Positions 18,967 through 29,150 are shown, numbered from the stretch's first letter. The stretch: 64,000 nt of DNA from a virus (IMGVR_UViG_3300031555_007715); one strand, 5' to 3'. Numbers and translations are program-made. Notes: generated by a model from the letters alone, not told the origin.

Positions 18967-19194
18967 TCAAGTCATAGATGTTTCAATGCTTTCGAATAAT
19001 TCCCAAAAGTCACTAAGGTCTTTTTTTGAACCGTAATAACGTAAAGCATAGCAGTCGCTAAGTCTATTTCCATTACAGTCATATGCATTGGGTTCAATTC
19101 TAAGATTGATATCGCCGTATTTTACAACGGCTATTGCATATAACTCTTTTTCCTTCTCATCAAAATTTGTTAATAAAAATTCATCTTCATCCAT
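18967..19194 (-). CDS. hypothetical small protein
   Basis: RBS GTAGGAGGAAAAA. Confidence 0.5.
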   Translation of the reverse strand: MDEDEFLLTNFDEKEKELYAIAVVKYGDINLRIEPNAYDCNGNRLSDCYALRYYGSKKDLSDFWELFESIETSMT

Positions 19195-19206
19195 TTGTTT
19201 TTCCTC

Positions 19207-19473
19207 CTACAATCTCCAAATAGGTTTTGTTAATGCACCATCAATAGATTCTCCAGACAGCTCGTCTGTTAAATCTTTTTCATAAGCGCTGTAGACATCC
19301 ATTCCTGTAACAATATATTGATGCTCATCTTTGAGTTTTGCTTCTTCGTCAGGGTTTAGTGCAACAATGCCTGCGATAATAACAGCCTCTTTACCGTTTA
19401 TAATGGTGCCTGTTTTTCTTACGATAACCTGTCCTAACATAGATGATTCCTCCTTTTTGTTTAACAGCCCCAA
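19207..19473 (-). CDS. hypothetical small protein
   Basis: RBS GGAGGAATCATCT. Confidence 0.5.
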   Translation of the reverse strand: MGLLNKKEESSMLGQVIVRKTGTIINGKEAVIIAGIVALNPDEEAKLKDEHQYIVTGMDVYSAYEKDLTDELSGESIDGALTKPIWRL

Positions 19474-19493
19474 AAATAATGGGGCTGTCGTAG

Positions 19494-19766
19494 TTACTCC
19501 GCAACCAGTAAAACGCTTTTACCAGAAATGTTATCAAATTTCATAACTTCTCCGTTTTCATCATACGCAGCGACCATATCGGCATATGGAATATCATCAT
19601 AACGATGTTTATATCCTTCCATATATGATACACATACAGTTTTGCTTGTTGCGTTTACAGCATGAACTGAGCCTATTTCATATGCCTTTCTATTAAGGAT
19701 ATTACTCTTTAATAAAAAAACAACAGGCGTCTGATACTGTAAATCTGAACACTTTAAATTTGCCAT
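19494..19766 (-). CDS. hypothetical small protein
   Basis: RBS AAAAGGAGGATACT. Confidence 0.5.
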   Translation of the reverse strand: MANLKCSDLQYQTPVVFLLKSNILNRKAYEIGSVHAVNATSKTVCVSYMEGYKHRYDDIPYADMVAAYDENGEVMKFDNISGKSVLLVAE

Positions 19767-19824
19767 AGTATCCTCCTTTTACAAGTATCCCACCAAGCCA
19801 ATTATGACTTGGTGGGGTGGAGAG

Positions 19825-20664
19825 CTATTCGCTCTTGTTTTTCTTTGCTTTTCTTGCAGCCTTACGTGCTTCTTTATCACGGTTGTTTTTATCAACCCAA
19901 TAACGAAGGACGGCTTCTACACGGTCAAGCAAATAGGTTTCATTACCGAGCTTAAGGTTCATGTACTCAATGTCTTTTCTGGTTAACCAGTACTCAATGT
20001 TGCTAGCACTGAGATATGCGACATTGTTCGGGAGTTTCTTAAAAATAAGCTCGTATTTTACAAACTTATCACTAATACGCCCCGTTCTTAAGCAAGCGAG
20101 AATTTCATCACACAGCTTCTCGACACTGTCCTTTTCATCTAAGGCCTTTTCGATGAAAGTTAAATCAATCTCATCGTTTAAGAACTTATTGAAAATGTGT
20201 TCACCTTTTTCAACATAGGCGAAATAATGCTTTTTCTCCGATGCAGGAAATTCATCCTCAAAAAGACTGAACAAATTAGTCGTATTGAATCTTTCGCAGA
20301 AATGCTTTGTGGTGTACTCGGAACAAAAGATGCCCAACGAGAAAAAGAAATCCCACGCAATAGATTCTTCATTGATAGCTTCTCCCAAATTCTTTTTAGG
20401 GTTAACTATCATGTTAAGATATCCATTTCTGTCGATTCTGAAAGAATCAATAACACACAACCAAAATCCCTTGTTGCATGCAGCCTTGCTGATGGTGAAA
20501 GTATCCCACCAACCCTCTTTTGTTGATAAAGATACCCATCTGGAAAAACGGTGAACAAATAATCTCGTGGAGCCATCTTCTCTTGACTCACAGAGTACCA
20601 TTTTCCCTTTTTCCGTCTCGTTCAGACGTTCACAATGAAATGCGTCCCATTCAAATCTGTCCAT
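19825..20664 (-). CDS. hypothetical protein with basic C-terminal tail
   Basis: start reset to MDRFEWDAF, which carries an AACGAAGGAGGA leader. Confidence 0.55.
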   Translation of the reverse strand: MDRFEWDAFHCERLNETEKGKMVLCESREDGSTRLFVHRFSRWVSLSTKEGWWDTFTISKAACNKGFWLCVIDSFRIDRNGYLNMIVNPKKNLGEAINEESIAWDFFFSLGIFCSEYTTKHFCERFNTTNLFSLFEDEFPASEKKHYFAYVEKGEHIFNKFLNDEIDLTFIEKALDEKDSVEKLCDEILACLRTGRISDKFVKYELIFKKLPNNVAYLSASNIEYWLTRKDIEYMNLKLGNETYLLDRVEAVLRYWVDKNNRDKEARKAARKAKKNKSE

Positions 20665-20880
20665 AAACAAATCCTCCTTCGTTAAATGTGGTCTATACTT
20701 TGTATTATAACTATACATATTAATTATATAATATTTTGTTTATAATAAAAAAAATATTTATATTCTATTATTGTCGAATATTTCTACTCCTGTCGAGGAC
20801 TATTTTCCTATTTTGTTAAGGTTATTTTATATTATATAATATAATTGTATTGGTATAGTATATAGGGAAAGGAGATTATT

Positions 20881-21840
20881 TTGAAATATTTTGGTTTTTT
20901 GGATTTTGAATTTAATCAAGGTTGGTCATCATATGAACCAGAAATAATATCAATTGGGTGTTCGATTATCGATGAAAATTTCAAAGATGCTGGTAAATTT
21001 TATGCGATGGTAAGACCAACTATAAATAAAAAAATACATAAACATGTGGCAAGAGTAACAGGTATAAATCAAGATGAGTTGGATAATTCTCCTGATTTTG
21101 TAGCTGTATCAAATCAGTTTCATGAGTTTATAAAAGAATATAAACAGATTCAGTTTTTTAGTTTTGGAACAGAAGATTGGAAATCTGTTTGTTTTACATG
21201 TAATGTAAATAGTTGTAATATTATGATGCTTGATATTGGAAATATAAATGATTTTCAAAAAAACATACTGGACAGTTTTGTTTGTGGAGATATGCCGTTA
21301 TGGTTTCAACAAAAAAGCATTAATACTCTTTGTAGATTCTATAACATATCTCCTCTAGAGGCACATAATTCATTGAATGATGCCATTATGTTAAAAGACA
21401 TATATGTATGTAATAAAATTAGAGGAAAATATGATTTTAAGAATAATAAATTTGATAATATGGATGGAATATCTGAACAAGATATATTAATTGCTAATAG
21501 CGTTGCTTATTATGAAAGAAATAAAGAAATAGAAACAATAATGCAGCGTTATGTATCACAATGTAAATCAGAAGAGATACATTGTAAACTAACAGGAGAC
21601 ATATATTCTCATTCAAAATACTTTATTAATAAAGAGCTTTTTGCAAGCAAGAAGAAAAGAAAATATAACCAATATATAATTAAATGTTACTTTAATAAGT
21701 ATACAGGTTTTTTTGATTTTCAAATAAAAAAAGATAATGAAGTTGTTGCTTATTTTTCTATCTTATCAACAGGTAAAAATAGTAAAAGGGCACATACTAT
21801 AATTAAATTAATAAATAAAGAAATAAAACGACAATGCTAA
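20881..21840 (+). CDS. DnaQ-like DEDDh 3'-5' exonuclease domain protein
   Basis: Exo I motif FLDFEF, Exo III motif H-N-S-L-N-D. TTG start after AAAGGAGAT. Confidence 0.6.
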   Translation: MKYFGFLDFEFNQGWSSYEPEIISIGCSIIDENFKDAGKFYAMVRPTINKKIHKHVARVTGINQDELDNSPDFVAVSNQFHEFIKEYKQIQFFSFGTEDWKSVCFTCNVNSCNIMMLDIGNINDFQKNILDSFVCGDMPLWFQQKSINTLCRFYNISPLEAHNSLNDAIMLKDIYVCNKIRGKYDFKNNKFDNMDGISEQDILIANSVAYYERNKEIETIMQRYVSQCKSEEIHCKLTGDIYSHSKYFINKELFASKKKRKYNQYIIKCYFNKYTGFFDFQIKKDNEVVAYFSILSTGKNSKRAHTIIKLINKEIKRQC

Positions 21841-21862
21841 AAACCAACATTGTCGTTTTTTA

Positions 21863-22339
21863 TTATTTATCTATAAGTATCCAGCGATACTTTTCATCGT
21901 ACATTTTTTTGTACAATTCGTTTTGTTTTTTTCTTTTTGCGTCAGAACTTCTTCCTTTATTTAATGAAGAATATTCTTCCCAAATAGGATTGAGTTTTTC
22001 TGATACATCTATTTCTTCTATGATATCAACAACGAAAGTTGCTCCACAGAAAGGACAAAACTTAATTGGGATATAGTCTGTAGCTTCATAATAATCTACG
22101 GTTATATTATCTTCGTAATCGTAGTCATAATCTGTCTCCATTCTGTTTTTAATAAGACATACAAAAGCCTCAATTTTTTCAATTCTACTATCTTTATTTA
22201 TTTCAGGGCTATCAACAATAGTAAGATGTTGTTTAGATAATTCACACATGTCATGTTCTAGCTCTTCTATAAATTCAAATCGTTCACCGTCGCTTCTATT
22301 CCAAATAAAGCGTTTCACATTAATTTTATGTTCTTTCAT
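21863..22339 (-). CDS. hypothetical protein with C-P-F-C-G zinc ribbon
   Basis: RBS GTAAGGAGGCAC. Confidence 0.55.
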   Translation of the reverse strand: MKEHKINVKRFIWNRSDGERFEFIEELEHDMCELSKQHLTIVDSPEINKDSRIEKIEAFVCLIKNRMETDYDYDYEDNITVDYYEATDYIPIKFCPFCGATFVVDIIEEIDVSEKLNPIWEEYSSLNKGRSSDAKRKKQNELYKKMYDEKYRWILIDK

Positions 22340-22428
22340 ATTCGTGCCTCCTTACTATCCCTCGGTTATCTTACTATTATTACTTTAAGTATATTATACC
22401 ATAAAATATGGAATTAGTAAATATGCTT

Positions 22429-23277
22429 TTATTGTTTTCTTAAATTGCAACAATCTTCTTTATTTGGGTTAAAGTTATTTTTCCAATATTCATATGCATC
22501 TGATTCATCTTCACAAACACTAATTTCTTTAAAACCAGTAATCTTTTTAATAAGTTCTTTTTTCTTATCAAGAGGAAGATGTTTATAATTACTTTGTTTT
22601 ATTGTGTAGTCACTATAATCAATATTAAACCATTTTTGAATCCAAGTATTAACTCTTAAAAATTCAACCTGAATTTTATCACATTGAACATTGTTTAATA
22701 TTTCGTAATCTATGTACTCATCAATAAATGGTGATAATCTCAGTGCAACATCAAATCCTTCTTTTTGAAGTTTTTCAATTGCTGCAATTCTTTTACTAGG
22801 CACTGTTGCTTTTTCATATGTAAGAGATAAATCATCATCAGTTGTTGTGACTGTAATTTGGATATGTGCCAAGTTTTTATCCATTATTTTTATATACTCA
22901 TCATCAGCAACAAGGTCGCTTTTTGTTACAATTAAATATGATATTTTTTCTTCATTTAATGCTTTTATTGTTTCGTATGTAACTCTTTTTATTTTTTCTA
23001 TAGGTTGAAAACAATCTGTCATTCCACCTAGTCTTACAATATTAATATTCCCATCTTTTTTTATTTTTTTTATAGTTTTTTTAATTTTTTCAATATCCGC
23101 AATAGAAGGGTCAGTTGGATTCCAAAGATTTCTGAAATCAAGCAAGGATTTTGCGTAGCAATAGCTACAATCGTGTTGGCATCCCTTTCCGTATGTGTCT
23201 AACCTATGGGGATATTTACATTTATCACCTTCATTGCCTTTTACAGACTTAAAAAAGCTTTTAAATTCATCTGCCAT
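22429..23277 (-). CDS. radical SAM enzyme (SPL/photolyase-like layout)
   Basis: C-x3-C-x2-C motif CQHDCSYC near the N-terminus. Confidence 0.6.
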   Translation of the reverse strand: MADEFKSFFKSVKGNEGDKCKYPHRLDTYGKGCQHDCSYCYAKSLLDFRNLWNPTDPSIADIEKIKKTIKKIKKDGNINIVRLGGMTDCFQPIEKIKRVTYETIKALNEEKISYLIVTKSDLVADDEYIKIMDKNLAHIQITVTTTDDDLSLTYEKATVPSKRIAAIEKLQKEGFDVALRLSPFIDEYIDYEILNNVQCDKIQVEFLRVNTWIQKWFNIDYSDYTIKQSNYKHLPLDKKKELIKKITGFKEISVCEDESDAYEYWKNNFNPNKEDCCNLRKQ

Positions 23278-23375
23278 AATGTTTATCCTTTCTTTATTTA
23301 TATTAATGTTATTATCGCATTATCTTGGATAAAATTCAACAGGGTAAAGCTATTAATAGCAATACCCTGTTGTTA

Positions 23376-24683
23376 TTAACCGTTCATCTTTCTCTTTGCT
23401 TCTTTTTCCGCTCTTTTAATTTCAGCCCATGATATTTGCTTTGTGTGTGCCTTAAAGTTGTAAATAGGTTTAACAATGCACTCAATATCTACTGTATCCT
23501 TAATACAATTAAGGATAGATTCAGCAGGTTTATATGCAGCAGGTGATTCGTCTAATGTCTCACGACATACTGACCAAGTTTGAACACCTTCCATGTCTTT
23601 TGTAAAGTCATCAAGCGACAACTTCTCGTTGGCAGCGGAACGGGATAACATTCTACCCGCGCCATGAGGTGCGGAACAGTTCCATTCTTCATTTCCTTTA
23701 CCGACACAAATAATTACACCGTCTTTCATGTTTAACGGGATAGCGAGTTTTTCACCTTTTTTTGCAGAAACGGCTCCCTTTCTTATTACAATATCTCCGT
23801 TATCTAACTGTTCGATATAATTGTGAACCGTATCAAATGATTCAATCTCTTTTACACCAAGGAACTTGATGATATCATAAGCGATTAATCGTCTGTTTTC
23901 AGAAGCAATTTTTGAACATAAAATCATGTTTTCAACATAATCATCATAGTCCTTGCCTCGGATAAATGCTAATTCACGAGGAATACCCTTATTTGCAGAA
24001 TAAAATTCTTTCTTAATATCCTCAATTACCATATTAATATCATGCTTTCTTCCACATGCAATTAGCTGGTCTACGGCCTTCTTAATCTTTTCTTTAAGAA
24101 CGCTTTCATCTTCCATGTGGGTAACGCCCTTTCTCTGGAAATACTCACATACCTTTTTTCCAATAGTTCTTGACCCTGTATGAATGGATAATGCATATGT
24201 ATTTTCATCAATTCTTCCGATTTCGATATAGTGGTTTCCCCCACCAAGAGAACCGACAGAATTAAGATATTTTGTTGCATCACCAAAATTAAGATTTCTT
24301 ACTACTGTTTCAACACATTCTTTAACTTCCTTTTTCATCTGCTTGTGTTCGGATTCTCTTACATTCATACCATTAGGAATATTATCTACAATAAAATCAT
24401 CTAATGCCTTAAAGTCGATTTCCTTTTCACACTTGAAAATAGTAGTTAATACACCACAAGAAATATCGACTCCTACAATGTTAGGAATAATCATCTTGTT
24501 TTTATTAATAATAGTTGTTCCGATAGTACATCCTTCTCCCGCATGTACGTCGGGCATGATGCGAATGGATGCGTCCTTAAATACAGGATGGTTACATAAC
24601 CCCTGAACTTGAGAAATTGCAGCCTGTTCTACAATATCTGCATAAATTGTTGCGTTCGTATATTTTCCGTTAAGTGTAAACAT
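23376..24683 (-). CDS. rtcB: RtcB RNA ligase (3'-phosphate/5'-OH RNA-splicing ligase)
   Basis: motifs MPDVHAGEG and SAPHGAGR. Start reset to MFTLNG after AAGGAAAGAAG; the upstream ATG at 24743 has no RBS. Confidence 0.85.
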   Translation of the reverse strand: MFTLNGKYTNATIYADIVEQAAISQVQGLCNHPVFKDASIRIMPDVHAGEGCTIGTTIINKNKMIIPNIVGVDISCGVLTTIFKCEKEIDFKALDDFIVDNIPNGMNVRESEHKQMKKEVKECVETVVRNLNFGDATKYLNSVGSLGGGNHYIEIGRIDENTYALSIHTGSRTIGKKVCEYFQRKGVTHMEDESVLKEKIKKAVDQLIACGRKHDINMVIEDIKKEFYSANKGIPRELAFIRGKDYDDYVENMILCSKIASENRRLIAYDIIKFLGVKEIESFDTVHNYIEQLDNGDIVIRKGAVSAKKGEKLAIPLNMKDGVIICVGKGNEEWNCSAPHGAGRMLSRSAANEKLSLDDFTKDMEGVQTWSVCRETLDESPAAYKPAESILNCIKDTVDIECIVKPIYNFKAHTKQISWAEIKRAEKEAKRKMNG

Positions 24684-24840
24684 TTTATCATCTTCTTTCC
24701 TTTTATTTGATTTAATTTTACCACTAATTATGGTATTTGTCAATAGCGTAAAAAAGTTATAAAGATTTTAAATATATATTGCTTTTTTTGTGTTTTTATT
24801 ATATAATATTATTATAATACATAAAAGGAGTGTTTATATT

Positions 24841-25578
24841 ATGAAAAAAAGATATAATGGGTCAATGAATATCACATTGTACACAAATAAGTTAAGAGAT
24901 GAAATTATTAATTTTTGTTGTTCAGATGGCCAGTGTTTGGATTTTCTAACCAATAAATATCCTGATAATAGACTTTTTAAGGATGGACTTTTGGCGTCTT
25001 TGTATATCACAAATATCAGGTTTATGAAGAGAGAGATGGGAACTAATTTGACATCATATAATGATAGTAACATGAATCGTGTTGATTATATGGAAAAAGT
25101 AGGAGATTTGTTGTACATATATGATACAGTTACGTTGTCAATATCTTATAATAGTGATGTAGAAATGGAAATCCCTAAGTTAGTAATTGACTTTTTTAAG
25201 AACGCAATTATTCCTTTGCACGAAAACATTGTTGGTGAAGAGGAAGATTTTGAGGCAAGTGACGATAATGATGAGAAAAATATTACAATTAGAGGAGAAT
25301 TTTCAAAAGAAAATTGTAAGTATTGTGATAAAGCAGATAAATACAAACAATGCGAGAATTATTCCAGATGTAGAAATTTTCATAACTTCCCTGACATAAG
25401 TAAAAACCCAATTAAGATGGGCGACGTATTGTTTGTTAAAGAGGGGAATAATATTAAGGCAGTTACAGTTAATTACATAATTAATTCGGCAAAAGGAGAA
25501 TTTTATGTTGATTGTCTAAATGATATTTGGATTAATAAAAATGATATAGGAAAGACAGTATTTGTAACGCCGAGATAA
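24841..25578 (+). CDS. hypothetical protein
   Basis: ATG after AAAAGGAGTG; terminator hairpin at 25601-25628. Confidence 0.55.
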   Translation: MKKRYNGSMNITLYTNKLRDEIINFCCSDGQCLDFLTNKYPDNRLFKDGLLASLYITNIRFMKREMGTNLTSYNDSNMNRVDYMEKVGDLLYIYDTVTLSISYNSDVEMEIPKLVIDFFKNAIIPLHENIVGEEEDFEASDDNDEKNITIRGEFSKENCKYCDKADKYKQCENYSRCRNFHNFPDISKNPIKMGDVLFVKEGNNIKAVTVNYIINSAKGEFYVDCLNDIWINKNDIGKTVFVTPR

Positions 25579-25685
25579 CTTAAATATGAATATTTAAAAA
25601 AGCAGACAATATGTCTGCTTTTTTTATGGATTTCTTTTAAAAAAAATGTTATAAATAAAGAAAAAGAAAAAAGGAGAGTTTTATA

Positions 25686-26537
25686 ATGAGTTACGCAGAT
25701 AGGGTGTTTAAAGATATGTGTAATGACATATTGGTTAATGGAACCGATACAAAAGGAGAACTTGTTCGTCCAATATGGATTGATACAGGTGAATCAGCAT
25801 ATACCATTAAAAAATTTGGAGTAATAAATAGATATGATTTAAGAGAAGAATTTCCCGCACTTACACTAAGAAAAACAGGGTTAAAAAGTGCTATGGATGA
25901 GATATTATGGATATATCAAAGAAAGTCTAATAATATAAAAGACCTAAAGCCGCATATTTGGGATTCCTGGGCTGATGAAAACGGTTCTATTGGAACTGCT
26001 TATGGGTATACTATTGGTGAAAAGTTTGAATACAAAGGTGAGATGATAGACCAGATGGATTATGTGTTAAAACAATTAAAAGAAAATCCATATAGTAGAA
26101 GAATTATTACTAATATGTATCAATTTCATAATCTTGCAACAGGACACTTAGACCCTTGTTGTTATTCTTGTACATATAATGTAACAAAAGAGCCTAATAG
26201 TGAAAAATTGGTATTAAATATGGTATTAAATCAAAGAAGTCAGGATGTTTTAGCGGCAAACAATTGGAATGTTGCTCAATATGCTATTTTACTTATGATG
26301 GTAGCACAAGTAAATGATATGATTGCAGGAGAATTGGTTCATGTTATTGCTGATGCTCATATCTATGACAGACATGTTGATGCTATAAAGGAGTTGATTA
26401 GTAGAGAAGAGTTTCCAGCACCAAAGGTTTATTTGAATCCAAATGTTAAAGATTTTTATGATTTTACAACCGATGATTTGATTATTGAAAATTACGTAAC
26501 AGGTGAACAAATAAAAAATATTCCAATTGCTGTATAA
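25686..26537 (+). CDS. thyA: thymidylate synthase
   Basis: collinear with ThyA: NGT...LRxxFPxxTxxK...EILWIYQ...IWDxWA...GxxYG...DPCC...RSxDVxxxxxxNVAQYAxLxxMxAQ. Confidence 0.85.
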   Translation: MSYADRVFKDMCNDILVNGTDTKGELVRPIWIDTGESAYTIKKFGVINRYDLREEFPALTLRKTGLKSAMDEILWIYQRKSNNIKDLKPHIWDSWADENGSIGTAYGYTIGEKFEYKGEMIDQMDYVLKQLKENPYSRRIITNMYQFHNLATGHLDPCCYSCTYNVTKEPNSEKLVLNMVLNQRSQDVLAANNWNVAQYAILLMMVAQVNDMIAGELVHVIADAHIYDRHVDAIKELISREEFPAPKVYLNPNVKDFYDFTTDDLIIENYVTGEQIKNIPIAV

Positions 26538-26569
26538 TATTAAATTTGTATATGAAAGGAATTTATTTT

Positions 26570-26743
26570 ATGGTTTTATTTTTAATGTTATTTTTATTTG
26601 TAAATTTAATCATATTGAGTGGTTTGTCTTGCGATGTTAATAAATATAATTATTTTATAGATAATATTAATGGAAGGCCGATTATAGGAAATTCTTATAT
26701 AGAAAATATGAGATATAAATTAAAAAAGAATAATAAATTTTAG
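26570..26743 (+). CDS. small hydrophobic protein between thyA and the DHFR gene
   Basis: ORF-track entry, start reset to MVLFLML. Confidence 0.3.
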   Translation: MVLFLMLFLFVNLIILSGLSCDVNKYNYFIDNINGRPIIGNSYIENMRYKLKKNNKF

Positions 26744-26754
26744 GAGGCATAAAA

Positions 26755-27204
26755 ATGAAAGCAATTGCTTGTGTTGATAAAAATATGGGTATAGGAAAAG
26801 ATAATAAATTGCTTGTTAGTTTCAAAGAAGATATGAAGTTTTTTAAAGAAACAACAATCGGTCATACAGTCATTATGGGTACTAACACATTTTTATCTAT
26901 GAAAAAGCCATTAAAAGATAGAAAAAACATTGTTGTTTCTAAAAATCTGAGACAAGAAGATTATACAGATGTAATTGTTTGTAATAATTATAAAGAGCTA
27001 TTGGATATTGATGATGCTTATGTAATAGGTGGTGGACAAATATATAAATTATTTTTACCTTATTGTGATGAAATTATCCTTACTGAGGTGAATGAAGATT
27101 ATGGTGCAGATACGTTCTTCCCTTATTTTGATAAATCATTGTATAAAGTTGAAATATTGAAAGAAACGGATGATTTTGTTATAAAAAGATACAAAAAGGG
27201 CTAG
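26755..27204 (+). CDS. folA: dihydrofolate reductase
   Basis: N-terminal IACVDKNMGIGKDNKL, VIMGTNTF, VIGGGQIY. Confidence 0.8.
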   Translation: MKAIACVDKNMGIGKDNKLLVSFKEDMKFFKETTIGHTVIMGTNTFLSMKKPLKDRKNIVVSKNLRQEDYTDVIVCNNYKELLDIDDAYVIGGGQIYKLFLPYCDEIILTEVNEDYGADTFFPYFDKSLYKVEILKETDDFVIKRYKKG

Positions 27205-27216
27205 GATAGCCCTTTT

Positions 27217-27939
27217 TTATCTTAAATATATTATTTTTTTATCTTCTAGTCTTATCGCCGCTAAATTAGAATTTAAGGTTCTATAAACTAGTCCGCAATC
27301 TATATTTATTCCATTTTTATTTATAAACACTTTTCCTGCCACTTCTTCTGAAATTCCGTAATCAGGGAGAAAAATTGTCGGTGTATGGCCGTGTATAAGA
27401 ACGGAATTCTCATCGTCATAGGTTATTGTGTCAAAAAAATCATCACCGACTTCCCTAAACCACAAATAAGTCTTTCTACTGGTATTTCTTAAATTAGGCC
27501 ATGCCCATGCGTGAGCAATTATATGTCTTTTGTTATTTACCATAACTTCTTTATATAATGGCAAATTTTCAAACCAATCGATAATTGGTTTAATTTCCTC
27601 AAATGTTTTATATCCCGCATCTTGTAACTCATATTCAAATCTATATTTACATGCAAGATATGCTATATCATTTTCTATTTCACCACATTTTAAGAGGTTA
27701 AGGCAGGTATGATATTTGTTTATAACCATGTCTTCATGGTTGCCTAATACCATTTGATATTTTCCATTTTCCGTTATGTTTTCCATCGCCCATTTTAACA
27801 TTTCTATTTGTTGAGGGCCTCTATCTATAATATCTCCAACTAATATAATGGTATCGTCTTTTTTTATGTTACGATTTTTTAATAGTTTTTGAAATTCATC
27901 ATAACATCCATGGACATCTCCAACAACCCAAGTAGCCAT
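27217..27939 (-). CDS. PPP-family Ser/Thr phosphatase (lambda phosphatase / ApaH-like)
   Basis: GDVHG, GDIIDRGP, GNHE motifs; start reset to MATWVVGDVHG after GAGAGGTGA. Confidence 0.8.
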   Translation of the reverse strand: MATWVVGDVHGCYDEFQKLLKNRNIKKDDTIILVGDIIDRGPQQIEMLKWAMENITENGKYQMVLGNHEDMVINKYHTCLNLLKCGEIENDIAYLACKYRFEYELQDAGYKTFEEIKPIIDWFENLPLYKEVMVNNKRHIIAHAWAWPNLRNTSRKTYLWFREVGDDFFDTITYDDENSVLIHGHTPTIFLPDYGISEEVAGKVFINKNGINIDCGLVYRTLNSNLAAIRLEDKKIIYLR

Positions 27940-28073
27940 ATCAATCACCTCTCTTTTTGTTTTTAATTATACCATAATTCTTAATATTTGTAAATATGCT
28001 TGATTTTATTTATTGACTTTTTAGACTTTATGTTGTATAATATTTACATACGCTTTAAGAAAAGAGGATATTT

Positions 28074-29084
28074 ATGAGATACGTAAAATCAGAAAATTTA
28101 AAACCAGGTATGTTATTAGCAACATCATTATATGATAATGAGGAGCATTTGTTGTTGAAGTCAAATTCACTATTAAATGCTTTTAATATAAAAAGAATAA
28201 GAAGTATGGATTTTGAGGGGTTATATGTGTTGGAGTCTTCTGATGAAGAACCGATAGAATTAAATCCTATTATAGCAGAATCTACTAGATTAAATGCTAT
28301 TAAAAATCTAAAAAAACTTAATATTGATGCGTGTATGTATCTTGCTAATGAAATAGTTAATGAAATTAGAGAATCGGGATTTCAAATTATTCAGTCAATT
28401 CGCAATAGTTCATTTGATAACTATACATATGTTCATAGTGTTAATGTTTGTATTGACTCTGTTTTAATTGGAATTGGTTTAGGGTTGAGTGATGATGAGT
28501 TAAGACAATTATCTCAGGCTGCATTATTACATGATATAGGAAAGGCATGTGTTGATGCTAGCATTATTAATAAACCAGATAAATTAACTGATGATGAATA
28601 TGAAGAGGTAAAAAAACATTCATTATATGGTTATAATTTATTAAAAGGAAATCATGATGTTTATTCTGTTGTGAGAAATGCTATTTTTTCACATCATGAA
28701 AATGAAGACGGAACAGGATATCCAAGAGGATTAAAATCGGAAAATATACATATATTTGCAAAGATTATTCATGTGGCGGACGTATTTGATGCATTAACAG
28801 CGAGAAGATGTTATAAAGATGCAATAAATCCCGCTGATGCACTTGAGTTTTTAATGGCAAATGTGGGAAAAATGTTTGATGAGAAATGTGTTGATATATT
28901 TAGAAAATTTATTGCTTTATATCCACTTGGTACAGAAGTATTATTATCAAACGGAGAGGTTGCTGTTATTATGTCTAATAATGATAATTTGACCAGACCT
29001 ATAGTAAAAACGAATAATGGTAAAGTAATAGATTTAATGAAAGTATTAAATATTACGATTATGCAATTATTAACGCAATCATAA
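28074..29084 (+). CDS. HD-GYP domain phosphodiesterase
   Basis: LHDIGK, HHEN and DGTGYPRGL motifs. Confidence 0.75.
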   Translation: MRYVKSENLKPGMLLATSLYDNEEHLLLKSNSLLNAFNIKRIRSMDFEGLYVLESSDEEPIELNPIIAESTRLNAIKNLKKLNIDACMYLANEIVNEIRESGFQIIQSIRNSSFDNYTYVHSVNVCIDSVLIGIGLGLSDDELRQLSQAALLHDIGKACVDASIINKPDKLTDDEYEEVKKHSLYGYNLLKGNHDVYSVVRNAIFSHHENEDGTGYPRGLKSENIHIFAKIIHVADVFDALTARRCYKDAINPADALEFLMANVGKMFDEKCVDIFRKFIALYPLGTEVLLSNGEVAVIMSNNDNLTRPIVKTNNGKVIDLMKVLNITIMQLLTQS

Positions 29085-29150
29085 ATGGATATTTTATAAT
29101 ATAATTGTTATTAAAATAAAAGGACACATAAGTTTATGTGTCCTTTTATT

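Noticed and set aside
20719-20880. Apparent palindrome TACTCCTGTCGAGGACTA in the divergent promoter region
   Set aside because: On checking, the two halves are not reverse complements; just AT-rich promoter DNA.
24684-24743. N-terminal 20-aa extension of RtcB (start at 24743)
   Set aside because: No RBS upstream of 24743, whereas the ATG at 24683 has a well-spaced AAGGAAAGAAG; the extension is not part of the conserved RtcB fold.
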